Source: a virus (taxonomy: Duplodnaviria; Heunggongvirae; Uroviricota; Caudoviricetes). Taken from it: 31,815 nucleotides of DNA. This document shows, piece after piece, positions 1 through 7,628 of this stretch. The notes under the pieces were generated by a model that was given only the letters and a program-made list of their open reading frames with translations, was not told the origin of the DNA and ran no database searches. Within the stretch, counting starts at the first letter, position 1, and each line of letters begins with the position of its first letter. The position numbers and the translations under genes were made by a program. The stretch spans positions 1 through 31,815 of IMG/VR virus record IMGVR_UViG_2603880148_000002; one strand, written 5' to 3'.

Positions 1-339
1 AAGACGCAATCTCTTTCCGCTTGTACAACCCGTAACTGCGGCGCGTACAGCAAGTGTTTGTGCGGCAAGTATGCCAAACCAGTCGGCGGCATTCCGCAGC
101 CGCTTCAGGAGAGCCACGTCAGATAATGTTGCAACGTCATGGAGCTGAGCCCATGCAGTGACTTCACGTAATGACATCCCCCCGGGGCCGTAAGCCAGCC
201 CCAGACGTAGCAGAGTTGCAGCATCACGAATTTCGCGGCGGCGGGTTAGAGCCCCGGCATTACGTGCCGAAGTATCCAGTTCTTCGGGCTTACCAATATG
301 GGCCAGAATTGCTGACCAGTTATCGTGAGAGTAATTCAT
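1..339 (-). CDS. insL: IS186 transposase InsL, N-terminal 113 codons (partial, runs off window)
   Basis: Reverse-complement translation from ATG at 339-337 reads MNYSHDNWSAILAHIGKPEELDTSARNAGALTRRREIRDAATLLRLGLAYGPGGMSLREVTAWAQLHDV..., which I recognise as the IS186 transposase N-terminus. Not in the ORF track because it is truncated. Confidence 0.85.
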   Translation of the reverse strand, partial: MNYSHDNWSAILAHIGKPEELDTSARNAGALTRRREIRDAATLLRLGLAYGPGGMSLREVTAWAQLHDVATLSDVALLKRLRNAADWFGILAAQTLAVRAAVTGCTSGKRLRL

Positions 340-394
340 CGGCACGTTAAATCATATCAGGCGTAATACCACAACCCTTAAGTTAGCGCTTATG
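1..394 (-). mobile_element. IS186 (IS4 family) insertion sequence, left end only; continues beyond window start
   Basis: Contains the 5' part of the transposase gene; the sequence just before the flanking DNA (about 372-394) matches my recollection of the IS186 terminal repeat, and the flank GGGGCGGGTCCCC (395-407) is the G-run/C-run target type IS186 prefers. End coordinate approximate. Confidence 0.75.
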
Positions 395-431
395 GGGCGG
401 GTCCCCGATGGCGGTCCATTATCGGTATTCA

Positions 432-508
432 GCGTTGTTAGCTCAGCCGGACAGAGCAATTGCCTTCTAAGCAATCGGTCACTGGTTCGAATCCAGTACA
501 GCGCGCCA
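432..508 (+). tRNA. tRNA-Arg, anticodon UCU (reads AGA)
   Basis: Cloverleaf folded by hand: acceptor GCGTTGT/ACAGCGC (one G-U pair), D-stem GCTC/GAGC, anticodon stem ATTGC/GCAAT with loop CTTCTAA, 5-nt variable loop, T-stem ACTGG/CCAGT with TTCGAAT loop, discriminator G and encoded CCA. Differs from host argU at many positions, so phage-type. Confidence 0.85.
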
Positions 509-645
509 TATTCATTCTTCCAGATTCCTTTCGGCAGAGCCTTATACTGAAATATACCTGGCTCAGGATATTGTTGAAAATATTATATGTTTGTCAAAAA
601 TAAAAGTTCTGTTAAGTGTTGATTGAGTGTTTGTTATACGGTCTA

Positions 646-972
646 ATGGTTTTTTCAGCATTAAATATTTATCATTCATATGGTGTGGGTAGAGTGAATA
701 TTGATGAGGCGTCGGGGTGTTTCATCCTTAGGCAGCGTATTGATATAGTCAATGCAGAACGAGCAAAGGCCTTCAGCCGTTTGACAGTTTTGTTCTGTAC
801 TCCTGATCGTCTTTCGGGAAGAGACGTTATTATTCTGAATAGTGATGCTATACAGAGGGTTTGCGATGAGTTCATGGTGGCTAATTCAGAATTATTTGCT
901 CTTGTTCAGGAGTACAACAGAATAGCCAGGACCTGTGGTATGGATGAACTTCGGATTACTCATCTGGGGTAG
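646..972 (+). CDS. hypothetical protein in AT-rich island (start uncertain; track ORF begins at 616)
   Basis: Track ORF 616..972; first in-frame ATG at 646. No recognisable motif. Weak promoter-like TTGATT-17-TCTAAT overlaps the ATG. Confidence 0.3.
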   Translation: MVFSALNIYHSYGVGRVNIDEASGCFILRQRIDIVNAERAKAFSRLTVLFCTPDRLSGRDVIILNSDAIQRVCDEFMVANSELFALVQEYNRIARTCGMDELRITHLG

Positions 973-1364
973 ATACATATCTGGATTATCACCGGTTACG
1001 GTAAAAAGTGATTGCTTACTGTTTTTGTGAATGGCATTGCAGCAGCCGGATAATGTCAGTGCTGGCTGACGGTGTGCTGGTGGCGGGTGTGGTGGTTGCT
1101 GCTTTCCCGTTGCTGAAAAAGAAAACGCCAGACTGTTAGCCGGGTATCAGTTAGCGGGAGAAATTTTTAAATACTTCACAATTCAGGCGGTTGACTGTTG
1201 TCTGGTTTGCGGGGAGTTTGTTAAAAGAAACTGGCATGGTGAATCCCCCTGTGCGGAGGGGCAATCAGCGAGTAGGTATATGGGATAATCGCGGATTCAG
1301 GTGCTGGTACTGAATTCACCGGGAGGCACCCGGCACCATGCAATGGCACATAGCGCCACTCTCC

Positions 1365-1398
1365 AGCCCCTCTCCGGAGGGGCTGTTTATATTGATTT
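1365..1398 (+). terminator. intrinsic terminator-like hairpin
   Basis: Perfect 8-bp stem AGCCCCTC/GAGGGGCT with TCCG loop (1365-1384) followed by GTTTATATTGATTTTG. Confidence 0.45.
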
Positions 1399-1419
1399 TG
1401 TCAGATGTGAGTAAACTCC

Positions 1420-1755
1420 TTATGGACTTTGTTGTTTTAGCCCATAAGGACATATTTGCAGAGTGCAACGGTTATTAAAGCATTCATTCAATACGTTATC
1501 TGTATTTGTAGGGCATTCCTGGCTGTTTTTGATTAAATTCCAGAATGTTTTATTGAATGGTACTACGTTGTAAATGGTTACAGGCAGCACTTTGTTATTG
1601 AGCATGATGCCTGTGTGAGTCAGTGTAAATATACTTTCAGGAGGTAAGAAAGCATCCGATTGATACCAGATTATTAATTTTATTTTACTCCATATGACTG
1701 AAAAAGATATTCCGCATGATGGCTGGATAACTGTATCAATCACAATCCACTTCAT
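1420..1755 (-). CDS. hypothetical protein, 111 aa, AT-rich cargo gene
   Basis: Track ORF; good RBS AAGGAA 6-9 nt upstream of the ATG on the - strand. No recognisable domain. Confidence 0.35.
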   Translation of the reverse strand: MKWIVIDTVIQPSCGISFSVIWSKIKLIIWYQSDAFLPPESIFTLTHTGIMLNNKVLPVTIYNVVPFNKTFWNLIKNSQECPTNTDNVLNECFNNRCTLQICPYGLKQQSP

Positions 1756-2015
1756 TTAGTTTCCTTGTTTATGCCTTGCTGGTGATGTTCTGAAAAGTAT
1801 AAATGATATTTTTGATTGTAAACCATAGAGCAGAATTATTTTTCTGATGTTGTTTATTGTTTATTTAAATGCAGGGTGGTTTATATCTCGTCTTGTAGTT
1901 TATCCATGCATATCTGCTTGATGATGAGGTTTTTAATTAAGGTATGGTTTTGTGTTTTTTCTGTATTACATGTCAGGTATTTTAAAGAATCATTTTTCAG
2001 ATGGTGGAAAGAACC

Positions 2016-3872
2016 ATGGCATTTAAACACTATGATGTTGTCAGGGCGGCGTCGCCGTCAGATCTTGCGGAAAAGCTGACACATAAACTGAAAGAGGGCT
2101 GGCAGCCGTTTGGTAGTCCGGTGGCCATAACCCCTTATACCCTGATGCAGGCGATTGCAGCAGAAGGTGATGTGGTCGTCAGTGGTGCAACTGAGCCGGA
2201 GTGGTACTACGTCATCGTACTGGCCGGGCAATCCAATGCCATGGCTTACGGTGAAGGGCTTCCGCTTCCGGATTCTTACGATGCGCCCCACCCACGCATT
2301 AAGCAACTGGCCCGTCGCAACACAGTGACTCCCGGTGGTAAAGCATGCGCATTTAACGACATCATTCCGGCAGACCACTGCCTGCATGATGTTCAGGATA
2401 TGAGCGCACTGAATCATCCGAAGGCAGACCTGAGCAAAGGGCAGTACGGCTGTGTCGGCCAGGGCTTACATATTGCCAAAAAACTGCTTCCGTATATCCC
2501 GAATAACGCGGGGATCCTGCTGGTACCATGCTGTCGTGGTGGTTCGGCATTCACCCAGGGCGCGGAGGGGACATTCAGTGCGGACACGGGGGCCAGCCAG
2601 GATTCGGCACGCTGGGGTGTGGGTAAACCGTTATATCAGGACCTGATCGCACGCACCAAAGCGGCATTACAGAAGAACCCGAAAAATGTGTTGCTGGCGG
2701 TGTGCTGGATGCAGGGCGAATTTGACATGAGCGCTGCCACCTACGCACAGCAACCGGACCTGTTCACGGCCATGCTGAAGCAGTTCCGTACTGACCTTTC
2801 CGGATTTAACGCGCAGTGCCATGGCGGCAGTGCTGCAGTTGTACCGTGGATTTGTGGCGACACGACGTATTACTGGAAAAACACATACGGCACACAGTAT
2901 GACTCCGTCTACGGCGCGTACAAAAACAGGGAGAGCGACAACGTTTTCTTTGTGCCGTTCATGACCGACGGTAACGGCAACAACACGCCCACCAACTTAC
3001 CGGCAGAAGACCCGGATATTGCTGATGCAGGTTATTACGGCGCGCAATCCCGTAGTAATGGTAATTGGGTATCGTCAAATCGTCCGACACATTTCAGTTC
3101 ATGGGCGCGCAGGGGCATTATTTCGGATCGCCTGGCAACCGCTATTCTGAACGCAGTTGGTCGAACCAGCGCCTTCATCAGCGGTACCGCACCGGAGATT
3201 AAACCCTCGCCCGGCGGCGACACGCCATCGGGGCCGTCTGATGGTGACACATCCGTTCGTACAGTCTCCCTGCTGCCGACAGCCGGAGAGGCTGCTGCGC
3301 AGGGCTGGACCATCACCGGCGGCAGTGTTGCGCTGGAAGATGGTGTGTTTAAGGTTACCAAGCAGAGCAATAAAACCTGGTCCCTGATGCATCCGGTGGA
3401 TGACGCGGTCTCCCTGCTGACACGGGGTGGCAGACTGAGCTGTAAGTTTCGACTGTCAGGCGCACTGACCAACAACCAGTTCGGTCTGGGAATTTATCTG
3501 TATACCGATGTAGCGTTACCTGACGTCGTGGCGATGACCGGGACTGGTAACCCGTTCCTGATGTCGTTCTTCACCCAGACCACAGACGGCAAACTGAATC
3601 TGATGCATCACAAGAAAGCCGGAAACACAAAGTTGGGCGAGTTCGGGAATTACAGTAACGACTGGCAGACGCTGGAGCTGGTGTTCACCGCCGGCAGTGC
3701 CACGGTTACTCCGAAACTGAATGGAGTGGCTGGCCCGGCATTCCAGGTCATAAAAGACAGTCTGACACTGGGGCTGAATGCGCTGACGCTGACGGATATT
3801 ACCAAAAATGCAGCGTATGGCGTTGAGATAGAAAGTCTGGTGCTGGAGATAAATGCACCGGCATCATCATAA
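2016..3872 (+). CDS. nanS: prophage sialate O-acetylesterase (NanS-p-like) with C-terminal extension
   Basis: N-terminus MAFKHYDVVRAASPSDLAEKLTHKLKEGWQPFGSPVAI... followed by VIVLAGQSNAMAYGEG (SGNH/SASA-type esterase block) as in NanS-p proteins found next to lysis genes in EHEC lambdoid phages. Start taken at the second ATG (2016), which has a GGTGGA RBS; the track ORF starts at 2001. Confidence 0.8.
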   Translation: MAFKHYDVVRAASPSDLAEKLTHKLKEGWQPFGSPVAITPYTLMQAIAAEGDVVVSGATEPEWYYVIVLAGQSNAMAYGEGLPLPDSYDAPHPRIKQLARRNTVTPGGKACAFNDIIPADHCLHDVQDMSALNHPKADLSKGQYGCVGQGLHIAKKLLPYIPNNAGILLVPCCRGGSAFTQGAEGTFSADTGASQDSARWGVGKPLYQDLIARTKAALQKNPKNVLLAVCWMQGEFDMSAATYAQQPDLFTAMLKQFRTDLSGFNAQCHGGSAAVVPWICGDTTYYWKNTYGTQYDSVYGAYKNRESDNVFFVPFMTDGNGNNTPTNLPAEDPDIADAGYYGAQSRSNGNWVSSNRPTHFSSWARRGIISDRLATAILNAVGRTSAFISGTAPEIKPSPGGDTPSGPSDGDTSVRTVSLLPTAGEAAAQGWTITGGSVALEDGVFKVTKQSNKTWSLMHPVDDAVSLLTRGGRLSCKFRLSGALTNNQFGLGIYLYTDVALPDVVAMTGTGNPFLMSFFTQTTDGKLNLMHHKKAGNTKLGEFGNYSNDWQTLELVFTAGSATVTPKLNGVAGPAFQVIKDSLTLGLNALTLTDITKNAAYGVEIESLVLEINAPASS

Positions 3873-3956
3873 AAAGTGAGCCAGTCAAATGGAAGGTATC
3901 GTTAAACTCACCGGTAGTGTCAGTGGGTCGTCTGAGATGCCTGCATGAGTTATCAG

Positions 3957-3988
3957 AGCCATCAGTACTTAACTGGTGGCTTTTTTTA
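3957..3988 (+). terminator. intrinsic terminator-like hairpin upstream of the holin gene
   Basis: Stem AGCCATCAG/CTGGTGGCT (9 bp, one G-U) with 7-nt loop followed by TTTTTTT. Confidence 0.5.
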
Positions 3989-4022
3989 TTGTTGTCAGCT
4001 TCCGGATAACGGGAGACGGGGT

Positions 4023-4238
4023 ATGTACCAGATGGAAAAAATCACAACAGGTGTGTCATACACCACGTCAGCGGTGGGAACGGGCTACTGGTTCCTGCAG
4101 TTGCTGGACAGGGTTTCCCCGTCTCAGTGGGCGGCAATAGGCGTGCTGGGGAGTCTGCTGTTTGGGCTGCTGACATATCTGACTAACCTGTATTTCAAAA
4201 TCAGAGAGGACCGTCGTAAGGCTGCACGGGGAGAGTAA
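4023..4238 (+). CDS. S: class II holin (phage 21 S-like pinholin), 71 aa, with dual-start motif
   Basis: [71 protein letters not shown] closely resembles the phage 21 S pinholin as I recall it. Met1 and Met4 give the usual two starts; RBS GGGAGA upstream of 4023. The track ORF extends further upstream, to 3945. Confidence 0.85.
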   Translation: MYQMEKITTGVSYTTSAVGTGYWFLQLLDRVSPSQWAAIGVLGSLLFGLLTYLTNLYFKIREDRRKAARGE

Positions 4239-4242
4239 TTCA

Positions 4243-4587
4243 ATGACTCAAAACTATGAACTGATTGTGAAAGGGATCCGCAATTTTGAGAATAAAGTTA
4301 CGATAACTTTAGCGTTACGGGACAAAAAACGCTTTGACGGTGAAATTTTTGACCTGGACATCTCGCTGGACCGTGTTGAAGGTGCCGCGCTGGAGTTTTA
4401 TGAGGCAGCAGCCAGAAGGAGCATCAGACAGGTCTTCCTGGATGTTGCTGCCGGGTTATGTGAAGGGGATGAGCAGTCGCCGGAAAAGCGCCCCGTAATT
4501 TTAGAGGCGCAGGATGTGTTGATAACCTACAGAGGAAAACTACCGGGAATAATTACGGGTTCTCTGAAGAGTCCGCCGAAATGGTAA
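4243..4587 (+). CDS. hypothetical protein, 114 aa, inserted between holin and endolysin
   Basis: Track ORF starting 5 nt after the holin stop with a GGAGAG-like RBS. No recognisable motif. Confidence 0.4.
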   Translation: MTQNYELIVKGIRNFENKVTITLALRDKKRFDGEIFDLDISLDRVEGAALEFYEAAARRSIRQVFLDVAAGLCEGDEQSPEKRPVILEAQDVLITYRGKLPGIITGSLKSPPKW

Positions 4588-4825
4588 TTTTACCAGCATA
4601 TTTTTCATCCAGTAATACAGCAAGCCGCCTGAAAGAGTCTTGTTGTTCCTGAGACCATTTGGGATTGCATGATTCAAACTGGATTGATGCCAGCGTTGAT
4701 TGCATCTGTTCCCTTGGAATTGAGAATGCCAGATATGAGAAGGCGACGGTAAGGGTATTCACGTCTTCCCGAAGCCTGGAAATGCTGTCGAGCAACTCCT
4801 GTAGAGAAATGGTGTTATTGTCCAT
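4553..4825 (-). CDS. hypothetical protein, 90 aa, convergent with and overlapping the 3' end of the 114-aa ORF
   Basis: Track ORF; AGGA RBS about 9 nt upstream of the ATG on the - strand. No recognisable motif. Confidence 0.3.
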   Translation of the reverse strand: MDNNTISLQELLDSISRLREDVNTLTVAFSYLAFSIPREQMQSTLASIQFESCNPKWSQEQQDSFRRLAVLLDEKYAGKITISADSSENP

Positions 4826-4930
4826 AAATAATCCTCATGATTGTATTGACCTGTTAGCAGCCTGAGGCAACAGGCTGGAACTGATAAACATATCCAGGGC
4901 TCAGAAACCGATAAATCCTGATAAATATCC

Positions 4931-5464
4931 ATGAACGCAAAAATCAGATACGGCCTGTCGGCTGCCGTTCTGGCGCTGATTGCCGCTGGTGCGCCTGCGC
5001 CTGACATTCTCGACCAGTTTCTGGATGAAAAGGAAGGTAACCACACCACGGCATACCGTGATGGCGCGGGTATCTGGACCATCTGCCGCGGTGCCATCCT
5101 GGTGGATGGCAAACCTGTCGTTCCGGGCATGAAGTTGTCGAAGGAAAAATGCGACCGGGTTAACGCCATTGAGCGTGATAAGGCGCTGGCATGGGTGGAG
5201 AAAAACATCAAAGTGCCATTGAGCGAACCCCAGAAAGCGGGGATCGCGTCATTCTGTCCGTACAACATTGGTCCCGGTAAGTGTTTCCCGTCGACGTTTT
5301 ATAAACGAATTAATGCAGGTGATCGCAGGGGAGCGTGTGAGGCGATTCGCTGGTGGATTAAGGACGGTGGCAGAGACTGCCGTATTCGTTCAAACAACTG
5401 CTACGGTCAGGTATCCCGTCGTGACCAGGAGAGCGCGCTGGCGTGCTGGGGTATCGACAGATAA
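4931..5464 (+). CDS. R: SAR endolysin (phage lysozyme, T4 lysozyme-like fold)
   Basis: N-terminal Gly/Ala-rich hydrophobic stretch GLSAAVLALIAAGAPA typical of a signal-anchor-release domain, then the catalytic block EGNHTTAYRDGAGIWTICRG (E-8aa-D-5aa-T spacing as in phage 21 R-type lysozymes). Pairs functionally with the pinholin. Confidence 0.9.
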   Translation: MNAKIRYGLSAAVLALIAAGAPAPDILDQFLDEKEGNHTTAYRDGAGIWTICRGAILVDGKPVVPGMKLSKEKCDRVNAIERDKALAWVEKNIKVPLSEPQKAGIASFCPYNIGPGKCFPSTFYKRINAGDRRGACEAIRWWIKDGGRDCRIRSNNCYGQVSRRDQESALACWGIDR

Positions 5465-5553
5465 GCAGAATATTTTGCTGAAAAATGCGGTTTGCTTACA
5501 CGGACGGATAACACGAAATCCTGCGAACTGACAAAAACTAAGTGAATAAAAGT

Positions 5554-5593
5554 AAAAACCCCGTTTGTTGGCAGCAAGCGGGGTTTTGTTTTT
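5554..5593 (+). terminator. strong intrinsic terminator-like hairpin after the endolysin gene
   Basis: 9-bp stem CCCCGTTTG/CAAGCGGGG with 7-nt loop (5559-5583), then TTTTGTTTTT. Confidence 0.55.
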
Positions 5594-5658
5594 ATGGCAG
5601 TAAGCTATGGGAGGCTGCCTTGATTGATTTTAGCAAACTGATTAGGGAGTTGCGACTC

Positions 5659-5754
5659 ATGATTAGTCAATTACCAAACTGGAAATTTTTGCTGGTCTGG
5701 AGCATCCCTTTTTTATGGGTAGTATCCCAGTTAATTGTGGCAATTAAGGGGTAG
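5659..5754 (+). CDS. small hydrophobic peptide, 31 aa (MISQLPNWKFLLVWSIPFLWVVSQLIVAIKG)
   Basis: Internal ATG of track ORF 5542..5754 preceded by a GGGAG RBS; predicted single transmembrane helix. Confidence 0.25.
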   Translation: MISQLPNWKFLLVWSIPFLWVVSQLIVAIKG

Positions 5755-5756
5755 CT

Positions 5757-5888
5757 ATGTCAGACAAACTCATAACGCCGGCAAAGGTCCTGTGTGTGAT
5801 TGTCGGTATTTCATTTTCACTAATGCTGGTTGCTCTTTTTCTGTCCCTCGCCTGGGTGATGTTGTCTTCGTCGGGGCTGCTGGGGTGA
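5757..5888 (+). CDS. small hydrophobic peptide, 43 aa (MSDKLITPAKVLCVIVGISFSLMLVALFLSLAWVMLSSSGLLG)
   Basis: Read by hand in the frame the track omits (under 60 aa); ATG 2 nt after the previous stop. Confidence 0.3.
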   Translation: MSDKLITPAKVLCVIVGISFSLMLVALFLSLAWVMLSSSGLLG

Positions 5889-6007
5889 CAGTGACTGATG
5901 ACATCAGCAGAGCGCTGGCTTTTGCTATTAAGTGGGTGGCTGTTGGTATTGCTGTGTCTCCGATGCTGTATGGGCTGGCAAAACTGGTCATTGCGCTGAA
6001 ATCGTGA
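5885..6007 (+). CDS. small hydrophobic peptide, about 40 aa (VTVTDDISRALAFAIKWVAVGIAVSPMLYGLAKLVIALKS), GTG start assumed
   Basis: C-terminal part of track ORF 5735..6007; GTG overlaps the stop of the previous peptide. Paralogous to the next peptide (RALAFAIKWVAVGIAV versus [16 protein letters not shown]). Confidence 0.3.
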   Translation: MTVTDDISRALAFAIKWVAVGIAVSPMLYGLAKLVIALKS

Positions 6008-6018
6008 ACTTTAAAAAG

Positions 6019-6105
6019 ATGAGTGCTGAACTTATTCGGGCAATGGCATTTGCCATTCGTATTGTGGCCATTGCTGTTCTGGTCTGGGCAATCCGTTGGT
6101 GGTGA
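6019..6105 (+). CDS. small hydrophobic peptide, 28 aa ([28 protein letters not shown])
   Basis: Read by hand; stop lies 1 nt before the Rz ATG. Confidence 0.3.
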   Translation: MSAELIRAMAFAIRIVAIAVLVWAIRWW

Positions 6106-6106
6106 T

Positions 6107-6601
6107 ATGAACCGTGTTCTGTGTGTGGTGATTATTGTCATGCTGGTAGCCTGTGGTGTGCTTAGTCTGGGGCTGAATCATTACCGCGATAACGCCATCA
6201 CCTACAAAGCGCAGCGCGATAAAAAAGTCAGTGAGCTGAAACTGGCGAATGCCACTATTACTGACATGCAGCAGCGCCAGCGAGATGTCGCTGCGCTTGA
6301 TGCCAGATACACGAAGGAATTAGCCGATGCGAGAGCTGAAAATGAAACTCTGCGCGCTGATGTTGCCGCTGGTCGTAAGCGCCTGCGGGTCAACGCCACC
6401 TGCCCCGGTACCGTGCGTGAAGCCACCGGCACCTCCAGCGTGGATAATGCAACCGGCCCCCGACTGGCAGACACCGCTGAACGGGATTATTTCATCCTCA
6501 GAGAACGGTTGATGACAATGCAGAAGCAGCTGGAAGGGGCGCAGGAATATATCCGCACTCAGTGCACTAAGCTGGCTTTTTATTATCCGGAGGATACATG
6601 A
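6107..6601 (+). CDS. Rz: Rz, inner-membrane spanin (i-spanin)
   Basis: [39 protein letters not shown]...[24 protein letters not shown] matches lambda Rz as I recall it: N-terminal TM helix plus coiled-coil periplasmic domain. Start at the internal ATG of track ORF 6023..6601. Confidence 0.9.
   Translation: MNRVLCVVIIVMLVACGVLSLGLNHYRDNAITYKAQRDKKVSELKLANATITDMQQRQRDVAALDARYTKELADARAENETLRADVAAGRKRLRVNATCPGTVREATGTSSVDNATGPRLADTAERDYFILRERLMTMQKQLEGAQEYIRTQCTKLAFYYPEDT
6327..6512 (+). CDS. Rz1: Rz1, outer-membrane lipoprotein spanin (o-spanin), embedded in the +1 frame of Rz
   Basis: [61 protein letters not shown]: lipobox VVSAC and proline-rich body very similar to lambda Rz1; fully nested inside Rz. 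Confidence 0.85.
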   Translation: MRELKMKLCALMLPLVVSACGSTPPAPVPCVKPPAPPAWIMQPAPDWQTPLNGIISSSENG

Positions 6602-6822
6602 AGAAATTACGGGTAACCGTAGAACCTTTTCAGGGAACAATTCCGTTCCGTATTTTGCAGCGTGGTCGTGTTCTTGTTGAAGGTTCGTTCAGTGGTAAAT
6701 GTACGCAATTACACTCCCGGACCTTTCAGGTGAATGCCACGAATGAAGAGCTAACCGTGGAGTGTACGATGAATGCCGCTAAATGCCGCATGGTATCCGC
6801 TGCATTACAACCAGTGTGTTGA
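6598..6822 (+). CDS. hypothetical protein, 74 aa, translationally coupled to Rz
   Basis: ATG overlaps the Rz stop (ATGA at 6598-6601). No recognisable motif. Confidence 0.45.
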   Translation: MKKLRVTVEPFQGTIPFRILQRGRVLVEGSFSGKCTQLHSRTFQVNATNEELTVECTMNAAKCRMVSAALQPVC

Positions 6823-7020
6823 GCGACCTTATTATCCATGCGCGGTATTGTCGCCGTATTCCTGCATTAACAGAGACCGCAGCCCGACAGGGAGACTCCT
6901 CTGCGCGAGTGTGCGGGGATAATCAAAAACGATACACACCGGGGTTTACCGCGTTAACGGAGCGCGGCGTTGTCCCCTCATAGTCGCCTGTCCGGTGCGA
7001 TGGTGGAAGAAACCGAACGT

Positions 7021-7221
7021 TCATTTCTCGTTATTTGTCATGCTGGCCGGGCGCAGATGCGTTGCATCTGTTGCCAGCCTTCTCCTGCAGGCTTCAATAA
7101 CCCACGCTGAAAAGTTACCGGACCCTTTATGCTCAAGGGCGATGTTGATCTGTTCAATTATGTGATTGGGGAAACGGATATTGCGGGTTGTGGTTCTGCG
7201 GGTCCGGTTTTTCGATGACAT
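7021..7221 (-). CDS. ylcI: YlcI-like small protein (DUF3950-type), 66 aa, possible DNA-binding protein
   Basis: MSSKNRTRRTTTRNIRFPNHIIEQINIALEHKGSGNFSAWVIEACRRRL... resembles DLP12 YlcI as I recall it. Start at the internal Met of track ORF 7021..7281, with AAGGAA RBS. Confidence 0.55.
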   Translation of the reverse strand: MSSKNRTRRTTTRNIRFPNHIIEQINIALEHKGSGNFSAWVIEACRRRLATDATHLRPASMTNNEK

Positions 7222-7262
7222 ATTTATTTCCTTTACTGATTGCCATATGACGGGGATTTTAC

Positions 7263-7628
7263 ATGGCTGAGCTTCGTACACTCCAGAGCAGAATCAAAAC
7301 ACTGAATACCCGACGGGTGAATATTCTGAAGGGGGAGCAGCGTCGTGTCAGTGGCAGTGCACGTGTTTCCCTCAAGCGTCATATCTGGCTGAGGGACGCC
7401 GGGCAGTGCTGTATCTGTGGTCGTGTGGTTGACCTCTGTGACAGTGAACTCGATCACCGAATTGCACTTCAGTTCGGTGGTGGTAATGAGGAGACGAATC
7501 TTTGGACGCTCTGTGCCGAATGCCATCGACAAAAGTCTGCTCGTGAAGCGGCGAGTGGTATGCCGGACCCGACGCTGCCGGAGGTGTCCGGAGGTAGTGG
7601 CAGAGAGGACGACATCATCGGACTGTAA
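7263..7628 (+). CDS. HNH endonuclease (terminase-associated)
   Basis: Cys pairs CxxC...CxxC with the HNH core DHRIALQFGG..NLWTLCAECH; located immediately upstream of the terminase genes as in HK97-like cos phages. Confidence 0.85.
   Translation: MAELRTLQSRIKTLNTRRVNILKGEQRRVSGSARVSLKRHIWLRDAGQCCICGRVVDLCDSELDHRIALQFGGGNEETNLWTLCAECHRQKSAREAASGMPDPTLPEVSGGSGREDDIIGL

Noticed and set aside
1053-1139. 28-codon hydrophobic peptide (MSVLADGVLVAGVVVAAFPLLKKKTPDC) resembling a type I toxin
   Set aside because: Composition is suggestive, but there is no usable Shine-Dalgarno (GGA only 2 nt from the ATG) and no recognisable cognate antisense RNA; too weak to call.
509-2015. Shiga toxin genes stxA/stxB at the tRNA to nanS-p interval
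   Set aside because: The synteny invites the expectation, but neither ORF in the interval resembles StxA (no ribosome-inactivating active-site pattern) or the 89-aa StxB, and sizes and orientation do not fit.
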